Source: Porphyridium purpureum (taxonomy: Eukaryota). From it: a DNA stretch of 64,000 bases. The translations under genes and the position numbers were made by a program. The stretch covers positions 372,001 to 436,000 of the forward strand of contig VRMN01000008.1 of NCBI GenBank assembly GCA_008690995.1, read 5' to 3'. Position 1 is the stretch's first letter. The number at the start of each line of letters is the position of its first letter. The notes under the pieces were generated by a model that had not been told where the DNA came from, did no database searches, and saw only the letters and a program-made list of their open reading frames with translations. Below are positions 1 to 9,953 of the stretch, piece by piece.

Positions 1-2
1 AC

Positions 3-3000
3 TCGCTCAATGCTGAAATAGCCATGCGCAATGTGTCTTCGATTGCTGACGGCGCTGAGTGGCTTGGGTATACGTACTATGGGACGCGAATGATGCGCAG
101 TCCTTCGCTGTACGGAGTGTCATGCATCGCGCATTCTGAGCAGGATGCAATCACAATTCAGTCGCGGCGGCGGATGGATTTGATCCATTCGGCGTGCATC
201 AAACTTGAGCGTGCAGGGCTTGTGCGCTACGACAAGAAAAAGCTGGTTGTGGGTCCAACTGAACTGGGTCGTATTGCCAGTGAGTACTACATTTCAAGCG
301 CGTCGATGGCGGCGTACGTACAACACCTCAAGGCTGACATAAGCGTGATGGATTTGCTACGCGTGTTTAGCATGAGCGCCGAATTCCGAAGTGTCCGCGT
401 GCGACAGGAAGAGAAGATGGAGTTAAAGCGTCTTGCGGAACGTGTACCGTATCCGCTTGTGGACGGCGGGAATGCCATGCTGGCCGACTCGGGATCGGCG
501 ATCCTAGCGGGCCAGACCGTCGATGGAAGCAACGATAAAGTGGTTGTTCTGCTTCAGGCATACATTTCGCGGCTAACACTTGACGGACTTGTGCTTGCTG
601 CAGATATGGTATATGTTACACAGTCTGCGGCTCGCATCGCGCGCGCTTTGTTCGACCTCGTGCTGCGGCGCAGATGGGCACAGGCCGCCGAAAAGTGTCT
701 CAGCCTCTACAAAATGATCAAATGGCGGCAGTGGAACGTAGAATCGCCGCTGCGACAGTTTGGAAGCGCAGGTGCAGTAGGTCCAGATCATCATCGCATT
801 GCAGTTCCAACCGAACTGCTTCGTAAGCTTGAGCGCAAGGATATGGAGCTGGAGCGCTTTTTTGACCTTGACGAGAAGCAGTTGGGCGATTTTTTGAGAA
901 ATGCAAAGTTGGGCACTCTCACATTTCGCTTGCTCCACCATCTGCCATATCTCGACGTCACCGCACGCGTCCGTCCAGTTACTCCTCATCTCTTGGATGT
1001 CGAGCTCAACTTAGTACCGGACTTTGTGTTTGATGGGGCGCGCTTCCATGCTGCTGGGCAGGCTTTCTGGGTCTGGGTAGAGGATGCTGACGCCGACATG
1101 ATTCTTTTCGCTAAACAGGTCTTCATCCGGGCTGCGCTGGCTCATGAAGAGCATGCGCTCAAGTTTACCGTCGCATTACAGCAGCAATCACAGCAGCAAC
1201 AATCGGTGCGTTCAGTTGACCCGTACTATTTTGTTCATGTCATGAGCGATTCGTGGATATCGCGTGACGTGGTCGTGCCCCTCTCACTTCGGAGCTTGGA
1301 ATTACCGCAAGTGTTCGAGCTGCGAACCAAAGTACATGCGGATCCGTCTGCGACTCGCGGTGAGCAAAGTACGCTCCGTGCCACGACCGAGTTGGCAGCG
1401 ATCAAGTCCCAAATTGAAGGGGAGCTTGAGAGCAGTGGTCATGACGTCGTTCCAAGTGGCGGCATCTATCAGTGGCGAAAAAATGTACTGGAGGCTGTGC
1501 TGATGCATGTGCAAACGAACCTCGCCATTTCGCGTCTCAACGTAATCCAGTCGCGGGTGTTTGATTCAATATTTTGCACCGATGCCAACTGCTTTGTGTC
1601 CATGCCCGGTGGCAGCGGCAGGGGTGTTCTGATTGACCTTTGCATTGCCCGTGCATTTTGGTCAAAGCCGCGTGCAGTATGTGTCGTGTTAGCGGCTTAT
1701 GGTGACACGGCTGCTGTCCGTCGAAGGGAGCAACTCGCCTCGGGCATCGCGCGCCTACTGGGCATTGCCGCAAATGTGCACGTATTGACGGGAGATCTCA
1801 GCTCCGACTTTAAGTTACTTGAAAGCGGTGATTCAGGCGCGATTTTGGTCGTCACTCCAACGGCGTGGGACATGCTCTCAAGGCGATGGAAGCAGCGCAA
1901 ATCCATTGTGCGCATCGATCTTTTCATCGCAGATCATGTCGAATTGGTAGGCTCCTTTGATCTGGATGGTAGTGCAAGCGGATCCGGTTTATCCCAGCGG
2001 CGTTTGGGAGTCACGCTCGAAGTGGTCCTTTCGCGCATGCGATATATTCGAAATTCGCATAAGAAGGCTGCTTTCCGCATGGTGGCATTTGCTGATATTA
2101 TGTCGAACGCGCGCGATATCATTGACTGGTTGGGTGTCGAGAAAGAGCATGGATACTGCTTTCCCATGGATGCGAGGGTCATCCCACTAGATACGCACGT
2201 TCAGAGCTTGGACTTGGACCCTAACAGCGAAAGTGGCACTGGCGGAGGAGCAGGAATGCGCAGGCAGTTTGCGATGGCTGTCTGTCGGATTTTGACACAG
2301 CTCACGAAGGATCACAGTACACCTCTGCTGGTGGTTGTCAACAGTCGCGGCAACGCGATCTCCATAGCAGCTGAGCTGCTCGTTTCCTTGCCTGCGCATT
2401 CAGTCACCTCTGAAATGAATACGGCATTGCCAGAGACGGCGGGTTTCAGCGAAATCAAGTCGGCAAGCCTTCGCGAGTGCATCGAGCACGGTGGTGTGGC
2501 GTTCCTGCACGAAGGTGTGAGCCAAGCGGACCGAGTTGCCGTGCTGCAACTTTACGTGAAGGGTGCTCTGCGAGTTATGGTGCTGACGCCCGCAATGCTT
2601 CAGCACGATGGTCGGCTTCGTGCGAATGTGGTGGTGCTTGCTGGTACGACTCGAGAAGAGTCGCGTATGGGTTGCAACATTGCGCAACAGTATGCGTTTA
2701 GCGAAGTTTGCCTGATGCTTGGTCGTGCCGGTGTTTCCGTCCCCACGCCGGAGCCAGCCGTGGACCATGAATGGCCACGTTCTGGCTCGTCACGAGGGGC
2801 TGCTGTGGCCTATGTGCTAACCGAACCTGCATACAAAGAATACTATGTGCGTTGCCTCGGGGAGGCTCTGCCAGTGGAATCAGGACTGGATCAAGGGCCG
2901 GACTTGGCCGACCATATGAATGCGGAAATCGTGTCGAGAGTGATTGAGACGCAGCAGGACATGATTGACTATCTTACATGGACATTATACTACAGGCGTC

Positions 3001-4583
3001 TTATGCAGAATCCGAATTACTACGGCTTGAATCTCTTGTCAACGCTGAATAAGCAAGGCAATAAGAATGCCGTGGCAGCGACACGACAGCGAATTTCGGA
3101 GCACTTGAGCCAGCTTGTGGAGGACTGTGTGACCGAATTGCGTGAAACCAAGTGCATTTCTGTGGAAGGCCAGTTTGGCGCATCGACAGTGGTTGACAAT
3201 GGCAGTGACTTGATCGCCTCTCCAGGTGAAGCAGCACCTGGCACGATCGGGGATGGCATTGTGATTCTCGGCGCACTGAACTTGGGGATGATCGCCTCCC
3301 ATTACTACGTTCAGCATGCCACCATCACTGTGTTTTCACAAAGTCTGTCTGAAAAGACCACCCGGTTGCGCAGCCTGATGGAAATTCTGGCCGCTGCCTC
3401 GGAATTTGATGATCTACCTGTGCGAAGTGACGAAGAAGCCGCGCTTCGCACGCTGGCAACGCACACAGATGTACTAGCTGCTGGGAGACATGATCTTCTA
3501 GACCGTGTTGCGGACCCGCACGTCAAGGCACTTGTGCTCATGCACTCGCATTTACGGCGAGCTTTGGGCACCAACACTCCTCCGCAGCTGCGTGAGGACC
3601 AAACGCGTGTGGTGCGAACGATGGTGCGACTCTTGTACGCACTTGTCGATGTCGCCAGCTCGTCTGGGTGGCTCAAGACGACGCTGGCTGCAATGGAACT
3701 CTGCCAGGCTGTCGTACAGGCATGCTGGCCGGCTCGCATTGCCAATCAGCAAAGCCAACCGCGACTCTCTCCGTTGCAGCAGCTGCCACATATGGACGCA
3801 TCACTGCTTGCGCGCCTGGCAAGTCGCAATGTACATGGAGTGTTTGACTTGCTTGATATGGAGGAAGAGGAACGCACTGCTGCCTTCAAAGGTTTATCAA
3901 GAGCGCAGATTGCGGACATTGCGCGCTTTTGTAATGCGTTTCCCAACGTTGATTTTTCGTGCGCGGTCCATCCCGCACGCCTCGCCTTGCCAGGAGCAGG
4001 GCACGACATCGCAGACGATAGTGGTGTAGTCACGGTGCGCGTGCGCTTGGAGCGCGACCCTGATGATGACGATGATGATCATAGTGACCATGAGGAGGAG
4101 GCAGGACCGGCGGCAGCAGAGAGAGGGGAAGCGAGGGGCCAGGAGGCCCAGGAACTAGACGGCATTGAAAGGGAATCTTTGCCTCGGTTGCAAATGCCCA
4201 GGCCGTTGCCCGCGGAGGCAGTGTCCAAAACCACACCATCGCCAGGAGAATCTGGCGCACGCGCCGCGCACGCGCCGCTGTACCCCGGGCGAAAGGATGA
4301 AGGCTGGTGGGTGTGCGTGGGCGATGTGCGTCAGAATCGCATTCTGGCGCTCAAGCGTGCCGTGATTGACGAGCGCCAGCCAGTTGAGCTGGAGCTTCGT
4401 TTCCGCGAGGACGACTGGTTTTCTGAGGAAACTGCGAACCAGGCGAATGTCCGCACATCGGCTCATCACGAAAATACCGTCGCACAAGCGCCGCGGCAAC
4501 TTGGCGTGTTCCTCATCAGCGACTGCTACCTGGGTTGCGACCAAGAAGAAACCTTGCACTACTGTACCTCGCCTTCTTCATAA
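3..4583 (+). CDS. BRR2: U5 snRNP 200 kDa RNA helicase Brr2, 5'-truncated by the window edge
   Basis: The frame is open from position 3 (SLNAEIA, matching Brr2 DxLNAEI). It has the first Sec63 unit (TELGRIASEYY, QAYISRL, DMVYVTQSAARIARALF), a degenerate second helicase cassette (WDMLSRRWKQRK, DHMNAEIV, DYLTWTLYYRRL), a second Sec63 unit and the C-terminal SDCYLGCDQE. Confidence 0.95.
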   Translation, partial: SLNAEIAMRNVSSIADGAEWLGYTYYGTRMMRSPSLYGVSCIAHSEQDAITIQSRRRMDLIHSACIKLERAGLVRYDKKKLVVGPTELGRIASEYYISSASMAAYVQHLKADISVMDLLRVFSMSAEFRSVRVRQEEKMELKRLAERVPYPLVDGGNAMLADSGSAILAGQTVDGSNDKVVVLLQAYISRLTLDGLVLAADMVYVTQSAARIARALFDLVLRRRWAQAAEKCLSLYKMIKWRQWNVESPLRQFGSAGAVGPDHHRIAVPTELLRKLERKDMELERFFDLDEKQLGDFLRNAKLGTLTFRLLHHLPYLDVTARVRPVTPHLLDVELNLVPDFVFDGARFHAAGQAFWVWVEDADADMILFAKQVFIRAALAHEEHALKFTVALQQQSQQQQSVRSVDPYYFVHVMSDSWISRDVVVPLSLRSLELPQVFELRTKVHADPSATRGEQSTLRATTELAAIKSQIEGELESSGHDVVPSGGIYQWRKNVLEAVLMHVQTNLAISRLNVIQSRVFDSIFCTDANCFVSMPGGSGRGVLIDLCIARAFWSKPRAVCVVLAAYGDTAAVRRREQLASGIARLLGIAANVHVLTGDLSSDFKLLESGDSGAILVVTPTAWDMLSRRWKQRKSIVRIDLFIADHVELVGSFDLDGSASGSGLSQRRLGVTLEVVLSRMRYIRNSHKKAAFRMVAFADIMSNARDIIDWLGVEKEHGYCFPMDARVIPLDTHVQSLDLDPNSESGTGGGAGMRRQFAMAVCRILTQLTKDHSTPLLVVVNSRGNAISIAAELLVSLPAHSVTSEMNTALPETAGFSEIKSASLRECIEHGGVAFLHEGVSQADRVAVLQLYVKGALRVMVLTPAMLQHDGRLRANVVVLAGTTREESRMGCNIAQQYAFSEVCLMLGRAGVSVPTPEPAVDHEWPRSGSSRGAAVAYVLTEPAYKEYYVRCLGEALPVESGLDQGPDLADHMNAEIVSRVIETQQDMIDYLTWTLYYRRLMQNPNYYGLNLLSTLNKQGNKNAVAATRQRISEHLSQLVEDCVTELRETKCISVEGQFGASTVVDNGSDLIASPGEAAPGTIGDGIVILGALNLGMIASHYYVQHATITVFSQSLSEKTTRLRSLMEILAAASEFDDLPVRSDEEAALRTLATHTDVLAAGRHDLLDRVADPHVKALVLMHSHLRRALGTNTPPQLREDQTRVVRTMVRLLYALVDVASSSGWLKTTLAAMELCQAVVQACWPARIANQQSQPRLSPLQQLPHMDASLLARLASRNVHGVFDLLDMEEEERTAAFKGLSRAQIADIARFCNAFPNVDFSCAVHPARLALPGAGHDIADDSGVVTVRVRLERDPDDDDDDHSDHEEEAGPAAAERGEARGQEAQELDGIERESLPRLQMPRPLPAEAVSKTTPSPGESGARAAHAPLYPGRKDEGWWVCVGDVRQNRILALKRAVIDERQPVELELRFREDDWFSEETANQANVRTSAHHENTVAQAPRQLGVFLISDCYLGCDQEETLHYCTSPSS

Positions 4584-4797
4584 GCGCGGCGCTTACATTA
4601 TTCTATGTAAATAGCCTCGGTTTACTAGACACCTTTCGTGTCACGCTTCGCGCGCTTTTTCGGTGTTTCGGTGTTTCGGTCTTCAGGCGGTGGGGAGATG
4701 AAGAAGGGAGAGGAGCGGAATCAAGAAGAGGCGGGGGGATTGACAGACACAGTCCACGATTGTATATTCTGCGTGTTGCGGCACAGGACTGCGCACA

Positions 4798-5748
4798 ATG
4801 TTCGAGCTGGAGTATGCCAAGACTGCGCGGTCGCAATGTTCGTTTACCAAGAAGAGAATCGAGAAGGATGAGCTTCGCGTCGGAATGATGGTCGATTTTC
4901 AAGGCCAGCCGCAGAAGCGCTGGTACTCTGTCGACGGGTTTTTCGAGATGCAGGACCGCAAGCGCGACGAGTCGAGCAAGGTGCGCGATTTCGCCGAGTT
5001 TGAGTTCTCGCCGACTCAAGGGTTTGACGTTTTGCTGCCGCAGGACAAGGCGCACGTGGAACAAAGACTGGTTGATCTGCATGATGAGGAACAGCAAGCA
5101 AAGCGTAAAGCAGAGAGAGCGAAGCTGGCAAAGGAGAAGCGCAACGCGAAGAAGAAGCAAGACAACGAGCACGACTCTGACGGCGAGGACGATTCTGAAG
5201 GCCCGTCGTCAAAACGAGCGAAGACGGAGCCGGGCTCGCAGTTCAAGCTACCCGACAGTGAAATTGTGTCTGGGCCTGGGTGGCAGAAGGAGGCGTCGCT
5301 GAAGACGCGCGACTATGCTCGCCAAATGCATGCCAAGCTGCCCGCCGACGACAAGGAAGCCGCCAAAATTGCGCTTCGATTCGTCATGTTGGCGAGACAA
5401 GGCGAGTCGGTGGATGTGTGCTCTGCCACCCAGCAGCTTTTGCAAGAAGTCGGGATTCAGGACGCTGCATCCAGTGCGCAGGTTCTGGTCCAAGCGAACA
5501 GTGGGTTAGTATCTGCGCTTTCAGAGTGCGCCAAGTTTGCCAGAAACCAAGGTGATGGCTTCAAGGGCACCGCGTTCAAAAAGGCGGCTGACGCCATCGC
5601 CGAACTCGACTTTGAAGTTACGTCTGGTTCAGAATTGTCCAAAGGGGCCAAAAAAGTTGCGGGCATCGGCAAGTCAATCGCCACGATGATAGATGAGTAT
5701 ATTGCGTCTGGAACGATGAGCAAATTGGAGGAATACCGATCCATGTAG
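4798..5748 (+). CDS. PARP-type zinc-finger-like domain fused to a DNA polymerase beta/lambda N-terminal 8-kDa (HhH) domain
   Basis: N-terminal EYAKTARSQC..KKRIEKDELRVG...WY resembles zf-PARP. C-terminal AFKKAADAIAELDFEVTSGSELSKGAKKVAGIGKSIATMIDEYIASGTMSKLEE aligns with Pol beta [49 protein letters not shown]. Basic, NLS-like linker. Confidence 0.8.
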   Translation: MFELEYAKTARSQCSFTKKRIEKDELRVGMMVDFQGQPQKRWYSVDGFFEMQDRKRDESSKVRDFAEFEFSPTQGFDVLLPQDKAHVEQRLVDLHDEEQQAKRKAERAKLAKEKRNAKKKQDNEHDSDGEDDSEGPSSKRAKTEPGSQFKLPDSEIVSGPGWQKEASLKTRDYARQMHAKLPADDKEAAKIALRFVMLARQGESVDVCSATQQLLQEVGIQDAASSAQVLVQANSGLVSALSECAKFARNQGDGFKGTAFKKAADAIAELDFEVTSGSELSKGAKKVAGIGKSIATMIDEYIASGTMSKLEEYRSM

Positions 5749-5772
5749 TGCGGCGGCAGGCTCTGCGCCATT

Positions 5773-7422
5773 TCAAACGCTACTTGTCACTTGCGATTTG
5801 AGTCTGGCCCATTCTTCGCGGCCGGCGATTTCCTGACACACAAAATGAAGACCGGCTCTCAAAACCCGCGCAGCCGGGTAAGGAAGATCGCGCGGAACCC
5901 CAACACGATCTCTAAAATACATTAAAGATGCGCATATGTCCTGCTTTGTGTCGCGGTCTGCCTGAAGTAATGAGTCACGGACTGACGGTCCCGGCGTGTC
6001 GTCTTGAGCGACTAGCCATGCGGCCAAATCAAACAGAGCGGCATCCACATACTCCTTGAGCATACTCGGTACTCGAGATACATCTGCGTCCGGGTCGGAC
6101 AAAGGCGCTCGTACAGTACGCGGGCGCTCACCTATTCCTCTGACACAAAACTTGACCAACTTTTCATGATTCTGCACCAATCGGGCCGCGGCTTGCAATT
6201 TGTTTCTTTGGAGCTCTAGCTCGGCTTGCTTTGGGTCGTTCAGATCTTCGCTGGGGCGGAAGGCGCTCGACTGCCACCAGTCCGGTTCATCCCGGAGCGG
6301 TGGGAGTGGGAGCAGCCACGCGTTGGCGCCTGATCCATCAATGACCGAATGCAATGCATCCTGCGAGCCTCGCGCTTTGCTGAAGTATCCGGAGCCGTAT
6401 TGAGGAGGTATTGCTTTGGCGTGACTGTAGATATCGCCCTGCAAAGCGCGAAAGCTCTGCACATTGCGTTCAAGCGCACACAACCACGCATCGATCGACG
6501 GAAAGCGCTGTCGAATGAGCATGTCTTTCCAATAGGCAGCGGTAGCCGTGTAGCGTTCAAAAAATGGCGCTGCCACAATATCAACGAGTGAGACGTCGTC
6601 TCCCATCATGTACTGCTTGCCGGGAGCAATATTGTCGAGGGCATCACTCCACGCCTGGAGCGCAGCGACAAACTGCTTCTCATTGCCCCCGGGATAAAAC
6701 ATATGACCACACCAGCACGAAAAGACATCGCGCTCGAGTCGAAGAAGCGCTTGCATCGCTTGCTTCCCCTTGGTATCTTGCGGAAGCAGGCTTGCGTAAG
6801 TCGGGAAATTCGCCTCAAGAAAGAACATGATGTCTAGGGATTCGGTAATAAGACGCTCATTGCGCTCACTTCCAGCTTCAGAAACCGTGATGGCTGGGAA
6901 TAAACCACTGGGCACCATGCGAAGGTAGTATTCTGGCTTGGCACCGTAACAGCGCATGTTGATCATCCGAATACGGTACGGAATGCGCTTGATTTCGAGC
7001 TGCATCTGCACGCGCTGACAGTATGCGCACCACGCTGCAGGATCCCTGTACAAGGTCACTCGCACGTCCTTTTCTTGCGCGCCATCAAAAAGACGCAACT
7101 GGCCGTCAAAACTTCGGTTCACCACCAGATCGGGACCTGTCTGCAATGCATCAATTCCGGGCTTTCCCGGCACTTTTCCAGCTAGCGTATCCCAATCTGC
7201 CATTCTAAGCCGCGCTGATGAGCTTCCAACATGCGTCGACGCAGCAGACCCCTGGAGCTCCGGTCCGGATGGCGTCGAGCCAGAAAGAAACGATCTGGAC
7301 CAAACCCTCAGAATTCTTTGGCGCAACGACGAGGGCGGCTGCATGAACAAGCTCCGATTCCGTGCGCCCCTCCCGCCAGCTCGCGGCGCGCACCAGCCAC
7401 CACTTACAAACCCCAAACTCAT
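5773..7422 (-). CDS. Plastid-targeted cysteine-type glutathione S-transferase (omega/lambda/DHAR-like)
   Basis: LYRDPAAWCAYCQRV (CxYC active site), VPSGLFPAI, ITESLDIM and SLVDIV motifs; MSLGFV transit peptide. Confidence 0.88.
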   Translation of the reverse strand: MSLGFVSGGWCAPRAGGRGARNRSLFMQPPSSLRQRILRVWSRSFLSGSTPSGPELQGSAASTHVGSSSARLRMADWDTLAGKVPGKPGIDALQTGPDLVVNRSFDGQLRLFDGAQEKDVRVTLYRDPAAWCAYCQRVQMQLEIKRIPYRIRMINMRCYGAKPEYYLRMVPSGLFPAITVSEAGSERNERLITESLDIMFFLEANFPTYASLLPQDTKGKQAMQALLRLERDVFSCWCGHMFYPGGNEKQFVAALQAWSDALDNIAPGKQYMMGDDVSLVDIVAAPFFERYTATAAYWKDMLIRQRFPSIDAWLCALERNVQSFRALQGDIYSHAKAIPPQYGSGYFSKARGSQDALHSVIDGSGANAWLLPLPPLRDEPDWWQSSAFRPSEDLNDPKQAELELQRNKLQAAARLVQNHEKLVKFCVRGIGERPRTVRAPLSDPDADVSRVPSMLKEYVDAALFDLAAWLVAQDDTPGPSVRDSLLQADRDTKQDICASLMYFRDRVGVPRDLPYPAARVLRAGLHFVCQEIAGREEWARLKSQVTSSV

Positions 7423-7907
7423 CCTAGAGCATCACCAACCGCTCTCCGCCAAACTTGCTCCACGCCCTCTTCTCTCTCCTGCTTCCTCCCCTCCTGCACC
7501 CCCAATTCCACCACCAACTGAACTCACAACCGTACCCATCGTTCACCCTAAAGCTAACCCATCCGCATGGTTAGATCGAGGGTGCGATCTTTCTTTTCGG
7601 GAGTTATTTAAGATATTATTCGTTAATTAATCTGTAGTGCTGTACCTCATCATGCTTATGGTTTGTGGTATAAGGTACAGTGTGTTACAACGCGGGACGC
7701 CGGCGCCGTGAGACGCGCAGTCGGCGGGGCCCGTACTATGAAATAGCGCTATTTTAATAGGAAGACGAGAAAGGTGTTCTTGGAGGTTTGTAGCGGTGAG
7801 AGGAGGGGAAGAGGAGAAGAAGGGAACAGTGAAGGGTTGAAGCGGGGGAGGGAGGGAGTGAGGTTCTGAGGGAGAGAGGGGGAGGTGAGGGAGACAACGG
7901 GGGAAAT

Positions 7908-8474
7908 ATGAAGCTGGTGTTGACGACAGAGTACATCACCATCCCGAAAGGGGTTGAAGTGAAGGTGAATGCGCGGCAAGTGGCGGTGAAGGGCCCGCGC
8001 GGCGAGCTGTCGCGCGACTTGCGCCACGCGCAGGTGGATATTTCGCGGCCGGAGGAGAATGAGCTGCGCGTCGATATGTGGCACGCGCCGTCCAAGGTGA
8101 AGGCCGGCATGAACTCGATTTGCTCGGCGATCCGGAACATGATCGTCGGCGTCACGCAGGGCTTCCAGTACAAGATGCGCTTTGTGTACGCCCATTTCCC
8201 CATCAACGTGTCCGTGGAAGGGACGAACTCGGTCGAGATCAGGAATTTCCTGGGAGAGAAGCGCGTGCGCGTGGTCCAAATGCTCGATGGTGTCACATGT
8301 TACAGATCAGATGACATCAAGGACGAGCTCGTCATTGAAGGCAACGACATCAACATGGTCTCGCAGAGTGCGGCCCTGGTGCATCAGAGCTGCTTGGTGA
8401 AGAAGAAGGATATCCGAAAGTTCCTTGACGGCATCTACGTCAGCGCAAGGGGCAACATCACTCAACTCGACTAG
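7908..8474 (+). CDS. RPL9: 60S ribosomal protein L9 (uL6)
   Basis: VKGPRGEL, GFQYKMRFVYAHFPIN, EIRNFLGEK, KDIRKFLDGIYVS; 188 aa. Confidence 0.98.
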   Translation: MKLVLTTEYITIPKGVEVKVNARQVAVKGPRGELSRDLRHAQVDISRPEENELRVDMWHAPSKVKAGMNSICSAIRNMIVGVTQGFQYKMRFVYAHFPINVSVEGTNSVEIRNFLGEKRVRVVQMLDGVTCYRSDDIKDELVIEGNDINMVSQSAALVHQSCLVKKKDIRKFLDGIYVSARGNITQLD

Positions 8475-8609
8475 GTCCCGCGGGTGTACTCGAATAAGGT
8501 AAAGCGGCTCCGTTTCCAGGCCCAAAATTTTACTCTGTGTTCACCCACATTTGATGGCTCCAGTGCGACAACAATCAAACGATCCATGCCACTGCCGTGT
8601 CAAGGCCCT

Positions 8610-9953
8610 CTACCGGGGGCTTTTCTCCGGCATCTTGGAGTCAGTTCTTTCGAACAAAAGCTGCACGGCGTACACAAGCGCACCCCGCACACCAAGGTCA
8701 TCCGCAGTAATTACGTGCACGGGCAGGCTTTGCACCAAGTCTCGCATTCGTCCCTTCGAGACCATTGCCACTCGAAAACGCGACTCTGGGTTCACAAGTT
8801 GATCAGGTAGCATGCGGAGTAACGCCGGCGCAATGCCACCAGCAATGAACAGGCCTCCAGTCGGAACGTACTTCAAGGCAACGTTACCGACCTCAGAGCC
8901 GTATGCTGAGAGCACGATTTCGAGAGATTGCACTGCGAGTCCATAAGCAGGCGCAAGTCGCGTGATCATGGCGCCCGGATCGCTACTTTGCATAATCTTC
9001 TCGTCGCATTCAAGGTCGACCCGTTCCGGAAACTCGGCCCGCAGGAACCTGTATACATTGAAAACGCCCTTTCCAGACACCACTCGCTCCACGGACACGT
9101 GCGGATTCACAATTTCGGGCTTTTCAAGCCGCTCGCGCAGCCGTGCCTGCATCCACTGCACCATTTTGAGCTCGAGATCAGTCTGCGGGGCAAAGTCCAC
9201 GTGCCCGCCTTCCGATCCAAACACACCATACCTCCTTGCCGATGGCGACGGCGCATCCTGGCTTGTCGAGAACGGGACGACAAAGCACTCGCCCAACCCA
9301 GTTCCGGCGCCCACCACTGCAATCACTCCATGAGGATCCGCGTTGCTACCCGGCTGAAGCGTCGTATACTCGTGCTTCTGCAGGCTCGTCACGGCGTACC
9401 CGTTCGCGGCAAAATCATTCAGCAACACGCAAGGAAATCCAAACGCCCTCCGCATCTCATAGCCATCCACCACCCAATCCGCTCGGTTCGTGAACGTAAT
9501 CGAGTTGTCTCTGACGACGCCTGCCACAGCAAAGCACGCCATGACGATCGACTTCCGACTAGGGAGCACACGCAGACTATCGCTGCACGTCAAAAGAAAG
9601 GTATCCACAACCTCATCGAACGATTTGTAGTCGTCATTCTTGTACTTCACACTGGCCACCGGCTCCAACCCTCCGGACAGCGATGAGGGCGAGTGCAAAC
9701 TCGGGCGAGGAAACAGAGAAAGGCGAGAGTTCGTCCCTCCGACATCAGCCGCCACAACAAATTCGACGCTCAACGCACTTCCACTTCCATTTTGCAGGGC
9801 CGACGCATTCCAACGAGGTTTCCAGTGGCGCCTGCGGGCGGACGCGCACGTGTTCAGTCTCCAGTTGCGACCACGTACCTCGCGCGCAGGAATGCTGGGT
9901 TCCAGGAGGAAGTCCCGTCCAATGGTCGGGATGAACGCATCCACCAATCGCAT
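8610..9953 (-). CDS. glk: Bacterial-type glucokinase (Glk family) with predicted plastid transit peptide
   Basis: ADVGGTNSRL, ACFAVAG, LLNDFAANGY, GAGTGLG, SEGGHVDFAP, VSVERVVSGKG and GGLFIAGGIAP motifs; ATG at 9953. Confidence 0.92.
   Translation of the reverse strand: MRLVDAFIPTIGRDFLLEPSIPAREVRGRNWRLNTCASARRRHWKPRWNASALQNGSGSALSVEFVVAADVGGTNSRLSLFPRPSLHSPSSLSGGLEPVASVKYKNDDYKSFDEVVDTFLLTCSDSLRVLPSRKSIVMACFAVAGVVRDNSITFTNRADWVVDGYEMRRAFGFPCVLLNDFAANGYAVTSLQKHEYTTLQPGSNADPHGVIAVVGAGTGLGECFVVPFSTSQDAPSPSARRYGVFGSEGGHVDFAPQTDLELKMVQWMQARLRERLEKPEIVNPHVSVERVVSGKGVFNVYRFLRAEFPERVDLECDEKIMQSSDPGAMITRLAPAYGLAVQSLEIVLSAYGSEVGNVALKYVPTGGLFIAGGIAPALLRMLPDQLVNPESRFRVAMVSKGRMRDLVQSLPVHVITADDLGVRGALVYAVQLLFERTDSKMPEKSPR

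Noticed and set aside
1500..2100. Degenerate Walker A/B (PGGSGRG, DHVE) in BRR2
   Set aside because: The C-terminal Brr2 cassette is known to be catalytically inactive, so this is expected.
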